Source of the DNA: Vicinamibacterales bacterium
GTDB taxonomy: Bacteria > Acidobacteriota > Vicinamibacteria > Vicinamibacterales > CAVVIG01
Reading direction: 5' to 3'
Assembly (NCBI GenBank): GCA_036557365.1
Contig: DATBHR010000094.1
Location: 981-64,980, forward strand
DNA: 64,000 bases
A program made the translations under genes and the position numbers. Shown piece by piece: positions 44,142 to 53,855 of this stretch. How positions within the stretch are numbered: position 1 is the first letter of the stretch; every line of letters begins with the position of its first letter. The notes below the pieces were generated by a model that was given only the letters and a program-made list of their open reading frames with translations, searched no databases and was not told the DNA's origin.

Positions 44142-47100
44142 CGGTCATGTCCCTGGTCGTGTTCGACGACGGCTTGAACCGAGGCTGTCGCGCTCGTGTT
44201 TCCGGCATCGTCCGCGCACGACACGAAGAGCGAATAGATCTGCGGCGCATCGCCGTGATTCTTCTTCGCACGCAGCGACGCGGTCAAGGGTCCGGTGATC
44301 TTGAAGTCGCCGGTATCGCCGCTCGTGCTCGTGATGCGCTGGATCGTGCAGGTCGGCGTCGAGTCCACACCATCCGACGAAGTCGCCGTGACGCGAACCG
44401 TCACGAGCTTGTTGTTCGGCGGGAACAGCACCGCTGGGCTGACGGTCAGCGTCGGCGCCGACGGCGCGATCGTGTCGCGAACGGTCACGCTGAACGATCC
44501 GTTCGCCACGTTTCCCGCCGCATCGTGCGCGGCGCAGTTCACGACGGTGGCGCCGAGCGGGAACACGCTGCCGGAAACGGGCGAACACTGCACCGGAACC
44601 GGTCCGTCGACGTCGTCGGCCGCGGTAGGCGCGAATGCGACCTGCGCGCCCGCCGCGCTCGCAGCTTCGGCGACGATGTTGCCGAGGCCGCTGATCACCG
44701 GCGCCTTGAGGTCGGCGACCGAAAAGCTGGTCGAGCCGGTGCTGGACGCGAACGACGCGCCGTCAGCGAAGTCGGCGGTCATCGAGTGCGACCCGATCCC
44801 GAACGACGCAGCCGGCACCGTCACCGATGCCGCTCCGTTCGAAACGGCGACGACGGACGAATAGCCCGCGCCATCGCTGAAACGTATCGAACCGGAACCG
44901 ACGGTCGCGTTGGCCGCCTGGACGGTCGCGGTGAACGTCACGTCCTGTCCGAACGGCGCGGGGTTGGGTGACGCGACGACGGTCGTCGTCGTGGTAGCTG
45001 GCAGCGTGAAGTAGGCGACGACCGGATCGTGATCGGACAGCCGCTCCGGCCGAGTGAAGTCGCCGCGGAAGCTCTCCGGGAAATCGGCGTTGCTGTGGCC
45101 CCACTCGATGCCGGCGAAGCGAGCGACCGCCGCGGACGTCGCGAGCATGTGATCGAGCGACTGCGCGTTCCCGTCGAACGAATAGGAATAGCGCTGCGGC
45201 GTCGAATCGAGCTCGATGAGATCGGTCAGCGGCGACGCGACATTCGGCACGTTGCTGCTTGCCAGCACGACCTGATCCGCAGGCGCCGGCGTTCCCTTGA
45301 TGGTGCCGATGACGTCGACGTAGCCGTCGCTGAACTCGAACGAATTGAAGTCGCCGACCGCGACGATCGGAACGCCGGGACTGTTCTGTTCCAGCGTTTC
45401 GACCAGATGGCCGGTGAACTCGGCCTGCGCAAGCCGCTTCGCGCGCACGCGCGGGCCGTCGGTCGCGTCGTCGATGCCGTTCAGCGAGCGCAGGTGATTG
45501 GCGACGACGGTCACGTCGAGCGGCGCGTCGTCCGAGGTGACGATGGTCGCGTCGAGAACGGTGGGCGGACGATCGTTGAGCAGCGCGGGCTGACCGTTCG
45601 TCGGGTCGATGAAGGTCGTGTCCTTGCCTTCCTGATGCGCGCCGCGGACCGTCACGCGCAACGTATTGACCAGCAGACCGTCGTCGATGCCGCCGGGATC
45701 GTTGCCTTCGAACAGGTACGCGACGTAGTGCACCGCGTCCGCGGAGTCGGCGTTCACCTGGTTCGCGATGGCCTGCAGCACGCCGATGTTCTCGACTTCC
45801 TCGACGCCGATGATGTCCGGTGTCCGCATCACGTCACGAATCTGACGCGATACCTTGATCAACCTGTTCGCGAAGGCTGCCGGCGTCAGCGCAACGTCGC
45901 TGATGCCCGCATCGTCCACCGTGTCGAAGAAGCGCTCGAGATTGGCGGTGCCGATCGTGAACTGATGTGCGCCGGCTGCAGACACGGCGGAGAAACCGTG
46001 GAGCCCACTGACGCTGCCCTGCGCGCCGAAATCCGGAAGAATCGTGTAGGCGCGCGACTGATAGTCGAGCACGCCGGTGATGTTCGTGACGATCGCGCCG
46101 GTCATCACCTCGGTCGTATCGTTCGCGCCGAACGACGCCTGACCGTTGCTGTCGACGCGAATCCGCTCGGGGTTGGCGTCGAACCGCGGAATGCAGCACG
46201 GCGATCCGGCCGGCAGCGGATCGGGCACCTCGATGCCCGGCTCGCGGACCGGGCGCGGAATCCCCGGGATGAGGCCGAAGTAGACGCCGTTGGTGGACGC
46301 GGTCGCGTTCGGTTCGTTGACCGTGCCCTGCGTCGGCGCGATGACGTTCAACACGTCGACGTGGACGCGCATTCCCTCGAATCGCTCGAGTTGATCGAAC
46401 GGCCCGGCCGGATTGGTATCAGCGATCGTCAGTGCGACCGCCGCCGGGAGCGCATTGCCGGTCGACAGCAACGTCACCACTGGCGTCGCGATTTCCGTCT
46501 CCGGAGGGCTGTTCGGATCGGCGCCCGGACGGAACTCCTGGACCGTACCGGTGACGCGCACGCGATTTCCGACGGCCGCGTCCGCCGACGGTGCCGTGGA
46601 GGTGAACACGAACACGCCTTCGGACGTCGTTGGATCGGCGTCGGCCTCCGCATCGGGCGCCTGAATGAAGAAGCCGTTGTTGAAGCGCCGCGCCGTGACG
46701 ATGCCTTCGGTCGTGACCATCTGGTTGGCGAACGGCGAGAGCGCGCCCGGACCCTGAATGTCGTGAATCGGCGTGACAACGGCCGGCGCCTGCACCGCGA
46801 GCGTGATCGCGCCGCTGCCCGACCGTCCCGCCGCGTCGGCGACGATGAATGGCAGCGACTTGTTGGCTGCAGGTGTGCCCGACGCGACCGTCGCCGAGAA
46901 CGAGTAGATCGCATCGCCCGCGGTCGCATCGCCGTGGGTGGCGTCGTCGAAGAACGCCTGATCGGCGGCGCCGCCAATGGCCGTGAGATCGACTGTGACG
47001 GACGTGATCGTTTCCGGCGGCGTGCCGGCGGTCGTCGTGATCGTCAACAACGTCGGGTCGCCCGGTGAAACCGCCGCGGGCACGGCGGCGCCGACGCCGC

Positions 47101-47836
47101 TCGGACCGGTTGTCGTCGGATTCGATTGCGGCGTGATCGAAAAGTCGTCGATGGCGAGGCCGTCGTCTGAGCCCGAGGCATCGAAGTCGGTCCAGCGAAT
47201 ACCGAAGTTCGAGCCGGGAGCGATGGTCAGGCCGGTGATCGAGGCCGAAACCAGGACTCGATTTCCGACGCCGTTGCCGTTCAGCGCGCCCACGGTGCCG
47301 CTGCCGACCGGTCCGACAAAATCCAGCGCGTTCACGTCGGTCCATGTCGCTGCAGCATCGTCGAGCGACGCTGCGCCGGGACTGATTTGGAAGTCCAGCC
47401 GGTCGGGGCTGTTCCGCGACGTCCCAAGGCGCCACTGCTCCCCGGTGTACGACACGTCGAGGCTCGTGATCGTCTGACCGGTGTTGTTCGCGAAGATGAC
47501 GCCGATCGTCGGGATGAGATTTCCACTGCGGAGCGTACCGAGCGCGCGATCGGCGTCGCTCGCCGCACCGAACGAATAGGTGTCGCCGGCATTCGACGAT
47601 CCGGTCCCGGCGGTGTACGACGTGTTCGCGTTGGCGCCGCTTTCGACCACGCGCCAACCGTCAGGCAGCGACGTGCCCGTCCCGCTCGCGGCGAGCGCGT
47701 TGAAGTTCTGCACGTACGGCGTGCCGATCGCCGTCAGACTGACGCTGCCGGCGCCGATGTTGTCGGCGAACAGGCGAATCGCAAACATCGCAGCCAGACC
47801 GCAGGCCGCGAGGACAGTTGCTGCCTTCCGTCCCAT
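44138..47836 (-). CDS. ExeM/NucH-family extracellular endonuclease with EEP domain plus Ig-like and HYR C-terminal modules
   Basis: 1232 aa with a signal peptide. N-terminal YVQNF...LPDGW...YTGEQWR module. IHDIQGPGALSPFANQMVTTEGIVTA..NGFFIQ...TSEGVFVF module. EEP segment (FTIGTANLERFF...SDHDPVVAYF). The tail has an Ig-like repeat and an HYR-like repeat (APVISGLGNIVAEA...VNCAAHDAAGN). Confidence 0.8.
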   Translation of the reverse strand: MGRKAATVLAACGLAAMFAIRLFADNIGAGSVSLTAIGTPYVQNFNALAASGTGTSLPDGWRVVESGANANTSYTAGTGSSNAGDTYSFGAASDADRALGTLRSGNLIPTIGVIFANNTGQTITSLDVSYTGEQWRLGTSRNSPDRLDFQISPGAASLDDAAATWTDVNALDFVGPVGSGTVGALNGNGVGNRVLVSASITGLTIAPGSNFGIRWTDFDASGSDDGLAIDDFSITPQSNPTTTGPSGVGAAVPAAVSPGDPTLLTITTTAGTPPETITSVTVDLTAIGGAADQAFFDDATHGDATAGDAIYSFSATVASGTPAANKSLPFIVADAAGRSGSGAITLAVQAPAVVTPIHDIQGPGALSPFANQMVTTEGIVTARRFNNGFFIQAPDAEADADPTTSEGVFVFTSTAPSADAAVGNRVRVTGTVQEFRPGADPNSPPETEIATPVVTLLSTGNALPAAVALTIADTNPAGPFDQLERFEGMRVHVDVLNVIAPTQGTVNEPNATASTNGVYFGLIPGIPRPVREPGIEVPDPLPAGSPCCIPRFDANPERIRVDSNGQASFGANDTTEVMTGAIVTNITGVLDYQSRAYTILPDFGAQGSVSGLHGFSAVSAAGAHQFTIGTANLERFFDTVDDAGISDVALTPAAFANRLIKVSRQIRDVMRTPDIIGVEEVENIGVLQAIANQVNADSADAVHYVAYLFEGNDPGGIDDGLLVNTLRVTVRGAHQEGKDTTFIDPTNGQPALLNDRPPTVLDATIVTSDDAPLDVTVVANHLRSLNGIDDATDGPRVRAKRLAQAEFTGHLVETLEQNSPGVPIVAVGDFNSFEFSDGYVDVIGTIKGTPAPADQVVLASSNVPNVASPLTDLIELDSTPQRYSYSFDGNAQSLDHMLATSAAVARFAGIEWGHSNADFPESFRGDFTRPERLSDHDPVVAYFTLPATTTTTVVASPNPAPFGQDVTFTATVQAANATVGSGSIRFSDGAGYSSVVAVSNGAASVTVPAASFGIGSHSMTADFADGASFASSTGSTSFSVADLKAPVISGLGNIVAEAASAAGAQVAFAPTAADDVDGPVPVQCSPVSGSVFPLGATVVNCAAHDAAGNVANGSFSVTVRDTIAPSAPTLTVSPAVLFPPNNKLVTVRVTATSSDGVDSTPTCTIQRITSTSGDTGDFKITGPLTASLRAKKNHGDAPQIYSLFVSCADDAGNTSATASVQAVVEHDQGHDR

Positions 47837-48036
47837 GTGTTGACCTCTAATGGCGTGTGTACGCGGTAGTTTTTACCATCGCTGTGACGCTGATGTGACG
47901 CAACATCACAACGGCGGTAGTCAGAACTGCCCAGCTCGCGCGATGCGCCGGTACCGCTTTCTATTGGTGCAGAATTCGATCGATTCGTTTCACAGAGCGA
48001 GCGGTTCCGACAACTTCTGTCAGTTACGCGTACAGC

Positions 48037-49338
48037 CTACGGAAACCGGCCGAGGGCGTTCAAGAGTTCGAGGCGAGCCCGGCGAAGCTGGTCTTCGGCG
48101 ATGGCGACGGCCATGTCCGTATCGCGCGCCACGCGCTCCGCGTCGATGACCTCGATGTTGGTGGAGGCGCCTGCACGGAAGCTGATATTGGTGATCGAGA
48201 CGACCTGCTGCGCCTGATCGGCCGCCGCGCGGGCGCTCGTCAACACGCGCTCGCCGCTTGCGATCGATTCGCGGGCGGCGCGGACCTCCGACTCAGCGCG
48301 CGTGATGGCGCCGGCGAAGTTCGCGTGCACCTCGTCGAGATCCGATCGCCGCTGTTGCTTCACCGATTTGCGCTGGCCGCTGTCGAAGATCGGGATGTTG
48401 CCCTGCAGCAGCAGCCGCCAGCTGTTCTGCGGCAGGAAAAACTGGGGCGGATAGTTGGTGGATGGCTGAAAGATCGCGTCCACCGTCGGGATCCAGTCCT
48501 TCGAGCTGTCGCGGACGACGCGATCGGCCGCGCGCTCCTGCGCGGCGAAGAGTCGCAGATCGGATCGCGAGGTAATCAGATCCACAGGCGCGGCCGCCGG
48601 CACCGAGAGATCGGGGTCCTCGGACGCATCGGCGGGGCCTCCCGCGACGATCAAGACGCCGAGTGCCTCCTGCGCGCGATACAGATTGAGGCGGGCCTGC
48701 TCGACCAGTCCCTCGTCGGCCGAGTACTGCTGCTGCGCGCGAAGCGCGTTCAGCCGACTCCCGCTCCCGCCGCGCTCCTGCTCGGTCGCCAGATCGAAGT
48801 GCGCTTTCGCGGTGTCGCGCGCGCGGATGTTCCCCTCGACGACGCGGCGCTGCGCAACGATCGTGAGGTAGGCGTCGGCGGCGGCGAACGCGATCTGGCG
48901 CTTCGCTTCCGCGAGCTGCAGCTCCGCGACCGACCGCTGATCCTCCGCTTGCGTGCGCCGTGCCCACGCAGCCGCCGCAAGAATCGGCATGTCGGCCGAG
49001 ATCGACGCGACGGTCTGACTTTGCGGCGTGACGGTCACGCCCTCGAACTGCACGCCGGTGTTCAACGTCGTCGACGTGACGTTGCCGGTGACCTGCAGCA
49101 GCATGGCGGCGCGCGCCTGCCCGATGAGCGCGTCGGCGCGGAGGATGCCGGCCGCGGAGGCCGCCACGGACGGATTGAGATCCTGCGCCCGCTGGATCGC
49201 ATCGCGAAACGTCACGGTCATCACCGGAACCGGTGTCGTCTGTGCGCGCGCCTCGAGCGGCGCGAGGCACAGCGCGATGGGGACGACCAGGGCGCGCAAC
49301 CGTCGAACGTCGATCGCCACCATCGGACTACCTCGCAC
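48037..49338 (-). CDS. TolC-family outer-membrane efflux protein
   Basis: 433 aa with a signal peptide. Has the two-repeat coiled-coil/beta pattern and lies last in the RND operon. Overlaps the RND stop by 11 nt. Confidence 0.85.
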   Translation of the reverse strand: MRGSPMVAIDVRRLRALVVPIALCLAPLEARAQTTPVPVMTVTFRDAIQRAQDLNPSVAASAAGILRADALIGQARAAMLLQVTGNVTSTTLNTGVQFEGVTVTPQSQTVASISADMPILAAAAWARRTQAEDQRSVAELQLAEAKRQIAFAAADAYLTIVAQRRVVEGNIRARDTAKAHFDLATEQERGGSGSRLNALRAQQQYSADEGLVEQARLNLYRAQEALGVLIVAGGPADASEDPDLSVPAAAPVDLITSRSDLRLFAAQERAADRVVRDSSKDWIPTVDAIFQPSTNYPPQFFLPQNSWRLLLQGNIPIFDSGQRKSVKQQRRSDLDEVHANFAGAITRAESEVRAARESIASGERVLTSARAAADQAQQVVSITNISFRAGASTNIEVIDAERVARDTDMAVAIAEDQLRRARLELLNALGRFP

Positions 49339-52300
49339 GGCGGCTTCCCAGGCTCTTGACGACCACGTAGAGCACGGGGATGAAGCCCAGGTTCAGGAAC
49401 GTGGCGACGACCATGCCGCCGGCGACGGCCGTCCCCACCGAGTGCCGCGCCTCGCGTCCGGCGCCGCTGGCGACGACGAGCGGCATGACACCGAGGATGA
49501 ACGCCAGGGACGTCATCAGAATCGGCCGGAGCCGGATGCGCGCCGCTTCAACGGCCGCCTCCGTGATGCTCAGGCCGCGCGCGCGCAGCTGCTCCGCGAA
49601 TTCGACGACGAGGATGCCGTTCTTCGCGGACAAGCCGATCAGCATCACGAGGCCGATCTGGCAGTACACGTCGTTGATCAGCCCGCGCGCCCACTGCGCG
49701 CCGAGCGCGCCGAGAATGGCGATCGGAACCGAGAGCAGGATGATCACCGGCAGCGTCACGCTTTCGTACTGTCCTGCCAGTGTCAGATAGACGAGCAACA
49801 GGCCAAGGCCGAATATCGCGGCCGACTGACTGCCCGCACGGATTTCTTCGAGCGAGATGCCCGACCACGCGTACGAGAATCCCTGCGGTAGCGCGCGATC
49901 CGACAACGCGGCCATGGTCTGCAGTGCCTGGCCCGAGCTGTAACCAGGCGCCGCCGATCCGTTGATCGTGGCCGATCGGAACAGGTTGAAGTGGCTGATG
50001 ATCTTCGGCGCGGTCGCTTCGCGCACCGAGACCAGGTTGCTGAGCGGCATCATGCGCCCGGTCGCGGTCCTCACGGTGTACCGTTCGATGTCCGTCGGAT
50101 TCGATCGGAACTGCTCGTCGGCCTGCACGTAGACGCGGTACGAGCGGCTGTTGAAGTCGAAGTCGTTCACGTAGGTCGAACCGAGGAGCGTCTGCATCGT
50201 GTCGCTGATGTCCGTCAGCGAGATGCCGAGACTCTTCGCCTGCGGACGATCCACGTCGACGACGATCTGCGGGTCGTTCGCCGTGAACTGCGTGAACAGT
50301 GCGGTGAGCCCCGGCGTCTGGTTGCCCTGCCCGATGATCTGGCGCGCCGTCGCCTCGAGCCCTTCGATCGGTCCGCCGCTCTGGTCGAGGAGCTCGTAGC
50401 TGAATCCGCCGAACTGGCCGAGTCCCTGAATCGACGGCGGCAGGAACGGGATCACCATCGCGCCGGTGATCTGACTGAACGCGCCGAACAGCTGACCGAC
50501 CAGCGCCTTCGCCGAATGCTGGTCGCCAGGACGCTCGTTGAAGTCCTTCAGCTGCATGAAGAGGATGCCCTGGTTCGGCGACGAGCCCGCGAAGCCGAAT
50601 CCGCCGGCCGCGAACATCTGTTTGGCCTCGGGCATCTTCATCATGATCTGCTCGGTCTGCCGCACGATGCCCATCGTGTAATCGAGCGACGCGCCGGGCG
50701 GCGCCTGAATGAGAACCATGATGTAGCCCTGGTCCTCGTCAGGCAGGAACCCGGACGGCACGCGCATATAGACCCAGTAGGTGGCTCCGAGCAGCGCGAC
50801 GAAAACGATGACGACAAGCGCTCTTACGCGAATGAGCCCGCGCAGCCCATGGACCATCGCGGCCGTCCCGCCGTCGATGATGCGATTGACGACGCGGAAG
50901 AACGCGCCCTTCGGTTTCTCGACGTGTCCGAGCAGCAGCGCCGACAACGCCGGCGTCAGCGTCAGCGCGTTGAACGCCGAAATCACCATCGACACGGCGA
51001 TCGTCAGCGCGAACTGCTGATACAAGCGGCCCGTTGTGCCGGGAAAAAACGCGACCGGCACGAAGACCGCCGCCAGCACCAGCGCCGTCGCGATGACCGC
51101 GCTCGTCACCTCGCGCATCGCGTCCGACGCGGCGGTATGCGTGTCGACCGGCTCGCCGGCGCGAGAGCCGCCGCCGACGTCCTGCGCTTTCGTGACGCCA
51201 TGAATCCGTTCGTGAATGTGCCGTTCGATGTTCTCGATGACGACAATCGCGTCGTCCACGACGAGACCGGTGGCGAGCGTGATGCCGAACAGCGTGAGCG
51301 TGTTGATCGAAAAGCCGAACAGCTTCAGGAACGCAAACGTCCCGATGAGCGAGACCGGAATCGTGATCGCCGGAATGAGCGTCGTCCGCCAGTTCTGCAG
51401 GAAGAGGAACATGACGAGGACGACGAGACCGATCGCTTCGGCCAGCGTCGTCACGACCTCGCGGATCGATTCCGAGACGACGGTCGTCGTGTCGAACGCC
51501 ACCTCCACCTTCATGCCGGGCGGAAACCGTCGCGACAGCCGATCGATCTCGGCGACGACATCGCGATAGACCTGCAACGCGTTGGCGGTCGGCAACTGCA
51601 GCACGCCGAAGCCAATCGCGTCGTGGCCGTTGAACCGGGACGCGGTCGAATAGCTCTCGGCGCCGAGCTCAGTACGTCCGACGTCTCGCACGCGAACCAG
51701 TGCGCCATCGGCCGATCGCTTGAGGATGATATCGTCGAATTGCGCCGGATCGCTCAACCGGCCGGCGGCGCGGACGCTGATCTGATATTTCTGTCCCTTC
51801 GGGGCCGGTTCGGATCCGATTGCGCCGGCCGCAACCTGGACGTTCTGCTCGCGCAGCGCCTGCACGACCTCGTCCGCCGTGATGTTCCGGCCGGCGAGTT
51901 TGTCGGGATCGATCCAGAGACGCATCGCGTACCGGCCAACGCCGAACACCTGCACGTTGCCGACGCCCGGCACGCGCTTGATCTCGTCGATGATGAAGCG
52001 ATCGACGTAGTTGCTGAGAAACAACGGGTCGTATTCGCCGTGTTCGGAGATGGCGGCGGCGGCCAGCACGAAGTTCGTCGACACCTTCGTGACCGAGATA
52101 CCAACCTGCTTGACCTCGTTCGGCAGGCGTCCTTCGGCCTGCGAAATCCGGTTCTGGACGTCCACCGCCGCGACGTCGAGGTTGCGGCTCAAATCGAACG
52201 TGACGACGATGTTCGCCGTGCCGTCGTTGCCGCTCGTCGAGGTGATGTACTGCATTCCCTCGATGCCGTTGATCGCCTGCTCGATCGGGATCGTGACCGA

Positions 52301-52480
52301 GGTCTCGACCGTCTCCGCGTTGGCGCCGTTGTAGAACGCGACGACCGCCACCTGCGGCGGCGCCAGATCGGGAAACTGTGCGATCGGCAGAGTCGGAATC
52401 GCGATGAGCCCGACGAGGATGATCACGAGCGAGCAGACGCTCGCCAGGATCGGCCGCCGGATGAAGGTATCCGAAATCAT
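49328..52480 (-). CDS. RND (HAE1/AcrB-type) efflux permease
   Basis: 1050 aa. MISDTFIRRPILASVCSLVIILVGLIAIPTLPIAQFPDLAPPQV is the canonical AcrB N-terminus. 12 TM plus two large periplasmic loops. Confidence 0.95.
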   Translation of the reverse strand: MISDTFIRRPILASVCSLVIILVGLIAIPTLPIAQFPDLAPPQVAVVAFYNGANAETVETSVTIPIEQAINGIEGMQYITSTSGNDGTANIVVTFDLSRNLDVAAVDVQNRISQAEGRLPNEVKQVGISVTKVSTNFVLAAAAISEHGEYDPLFLSNYVDRFIIDEIKRVPGVGNVQVFGVGRYAMRLWIDPDKLAGRNITADEVVQALREQNVQVAAGAIGSEPAPKGQKYQISVRAAGRLSDPAQFDDIILKRSADGALVRVRDVGRTELGAESYSTASRFNGHDAIGFGVLQLPTANALQVYRDVVAEIDRLSRRFPPGMKVEVAFDTTTVVSESIREVVTTLAEAIGLVVLVMFLFLQNWRTTLIPAITIPVSLIGTFAFLKLFGFSINTLTLFGITLATGLVVDDAIVVIENIERHIHERIHGVTKAQDVGGGSRAGEPVDTHTAASDAMREVTSAVIATALVLAAVFVPVAFFPGTTGRLYQQFALTIAVSMVISAFNALTLTPALSALLLGHVEKPKGAFFRVVNRIIDGGTAAMVHGLRGLIRVRALVVIVFVALLGATYWVYMRVPSGFLPDEDQGYIMVLIQAPPGASLDYTMGIVRQTEQIMMKMPEAKQMFAAGGFGFAGSSPNQGILFMQLKDFNERPGDQHSAKALVGQLFGAFSQITGAMVIPFLPPSIQGLGQFGGFSYELLDQSGGPIEGLEATARQIIGQGNQTPGLTALFTQFTANDPQIVVDVDRPQAKSLGISLTDISDTMQTLLGSTYVNDFDFNSRSYRVYVQADEQFRSNPTDIERYTVRTATGRMMPLSNLVSVREATAPKIISHFNLFRSATINGSAAPGYSSGQALQTMAALSDRALPQGFSYAWSGISLEEIRAGSQSAAIFGLGLLLVYLTLAGQYESVTLPVIILLSVPIAILGALGAQWARGLINDVYCQIGLVMLIGLSAKNGILVVEFAEQLRARGLSITEAAVEAARIRLRPILMTSLAFILGVMPLVVASGAGREARHSVGTAVAGGMVVATFLNLGFIPVLYVVVKSLGSRRAR

Positions 52481-53595
52481 GGCTGCGCGATCGGCTGGAT
52501 GGGCGCGCCGTCGGCCAGCTTCTGGGCGCCAGACGTCACCACGCGCTCACCTTCCTTGATCCCTTCGAGCACGGGATAGTCGTTGCCGACGATCGTGCCG
52601 ACCTTGATCCCGCGCTGCCTGGCCACGAGCTGGCCGCCTTTGCTCTCACCGCCTGGCGCCGGCTCGGCGACAAAGGCGAAGAACTGCCCGTTGACGCGCA
52701 GGACGGCCGTCACCGGCACGACCAGCCCGCCGGTCGTCTTCCAGACGATGCGCGCGCGCACGTACTGCGACGCGCGGAGCTTTCCTGACGGATTCGGCAC
52801 CTGCCCTTTCACGAGCACCGACTGCGTCTGGTCGTCCACGCGCGGCGAGATGAAGCTGATCGTCGTCGAGGCGAGCGTTTCGGATCCGTCGCTGCTCAGA
52901 ATGCGGATCGGCAGCCCCATCTTCAGTTCGGCTGCGCGCTCGATCGGCACGTTGACGTACACCTCGAGCGCCTCGTTCTGATCGATCGTCGTGAGGATCG
53001 TCTGCGGCGTGACGAGGTTCCCTACGCGCGCCGGCACGTCGCCGACGATGCCGGCCGTCGGCGCGGTCACGGTGAAGTACTGGAGCTGGACGACCTGCTG
53101 CTTGAGCTGCGCGCGCAGCGAATTCAGGTTCGCCTGCGCCGTCTGCAGCGCCGTCGCCGCCTGTTCCTGTTCCTGGCGGCTGATCGCGCCCGCTTCCAGC
53201 AGCTCGGACGACCGTTGTGCCTGCTGTCGCGCGAACGTGACGGCCGCCTCACGCGCGGCCAGCTCGGCCTCCTGGCTGGTGACCGCCGCCTGCTGACGCT
53301 GCGGATCGATCTGTACCAGCGGCGCACCAGGCCGGACGCGATCGCCGGACTTCACGAAGATCTGCGTGATCTGTCCTTCGATCTGCGGCTGGACCGCCGT
53401 CGACTTCAACGACTTGACGGTCGCGACGTACTCGGTCGTGTCCTCGATCGGCGCGATCTTCGCCGTCGTGAGCTGGACCGGGGTCGGCGGCATACCGCCG
53501 CCGGGCGGAGCACCCGCCTGCTGACTGCTCTTACACGCTGTTGCCAGCGCGGCGGCAAACAACGCCGTCGCGGTGGCGGCCGTTCGAAGCGACAT
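52477..53595 (-). CDS. RND periplasmic adaptor (MFP/HlyD-like) lipoprotein
   Basis: Start MSLRTAATATALFAAALATAC (lipobox) at ATG 53593-53595. Has the coiled-coil hairpin and barrel regions. Its stop overlaps the RND start as ATGA. The upstream part of the 451-aa track ORF was rejected. Confidence 0.85.
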   Translation of the reverse strand: MSLRTAATATALFAAALATACKSSQQAGAPPGGGMPPTPVQLTTAKIAPIEDTTEYVATVKSLKSTAVQPQIEGQITQIFVKSGDRVRPGAPLVQIDPQRQQAAVTSQEAELAAREAAVTFARQQAQRSSELLEAGAISRQEQEQAATALQTAQANLNSLRAQLKQQVVQLQYFTVTAPTAGIVGDVPARVGNLVTPQTILTTIDQNEALEVYVNVPIERAAELKMGLPIRILSSDGSETLASTTISFISPRVDDQTQSVLVKGQVPNPSGKLRASQYVRARIVWKTTGGLVVPVTAVLRVNGQFFAFVAEPAPGGESKGGQLVARQRGIKVGTIVGNDYPVLEGIKEGERVVTSGAQKLADGAPIQPIAQP

Positions 53596-53741
53596 GATGG
53601 GTGAGCTCTCGGAAGAAAAGGGGTAACCTGGCGGCCGGTCACTCAGTGTATGACAGGCGCGCCGAAATCCCAACCCGGCCGCTGACAGCGGCGGGCCCCA
53701 GCGTGCGCCGCGGAGCCCACCGACAAGAACGTGATCGAACG

Positions 53742-53824
53742 CCGAAACTGTAACCGCCTCGGCTGCTTCCGACCCAACAATTGCTCGTTTTTCAACGTGT
53801 TCCGGCGGGCTCCGAAACTGTAAC
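53742..53824. promoter_or_regulatory. Two identical 13-nt direct repeats (ccgaaactgtaac) 70 nt apart in the divergent MFP/mreB intergenic region
   Basis: Copies at 53742-53754 and 53812-53824, read directly. Their role (operator or promoter element) is not established. Confidence 0.4.
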
Positions 53825-53855
53825 GACGGCATCCAAGTTGCCGTGCGGCAGAGTC

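Noticed and set aside
40871-47836. Calling the nuclease-rich cluster a known defence system (restriction-modification, Shedu-like, Gabija-like and so on).
   Set aside because: There is no methyltransferase, helicase, ATPase or other signature component of a defined system. ExeM/NucH, ProX and RmuC all have housekeeping interpretations. It is kept only as a hypothesis in the findings.
47850-48149. A 99-aa ORF in the 200-nt gap between the nuclease gene start and the TolC gene stop.
   Set aside because: More than a third of it overlaps the TolC coding region on the opposite strand. The sequence is Arg-rich with no motif, and the gap is better explained as the nuclease promoter and leader. A weak 5-bp inverted repeat, tgatg...catca near 47892-47909, was noted but judged too short to call.
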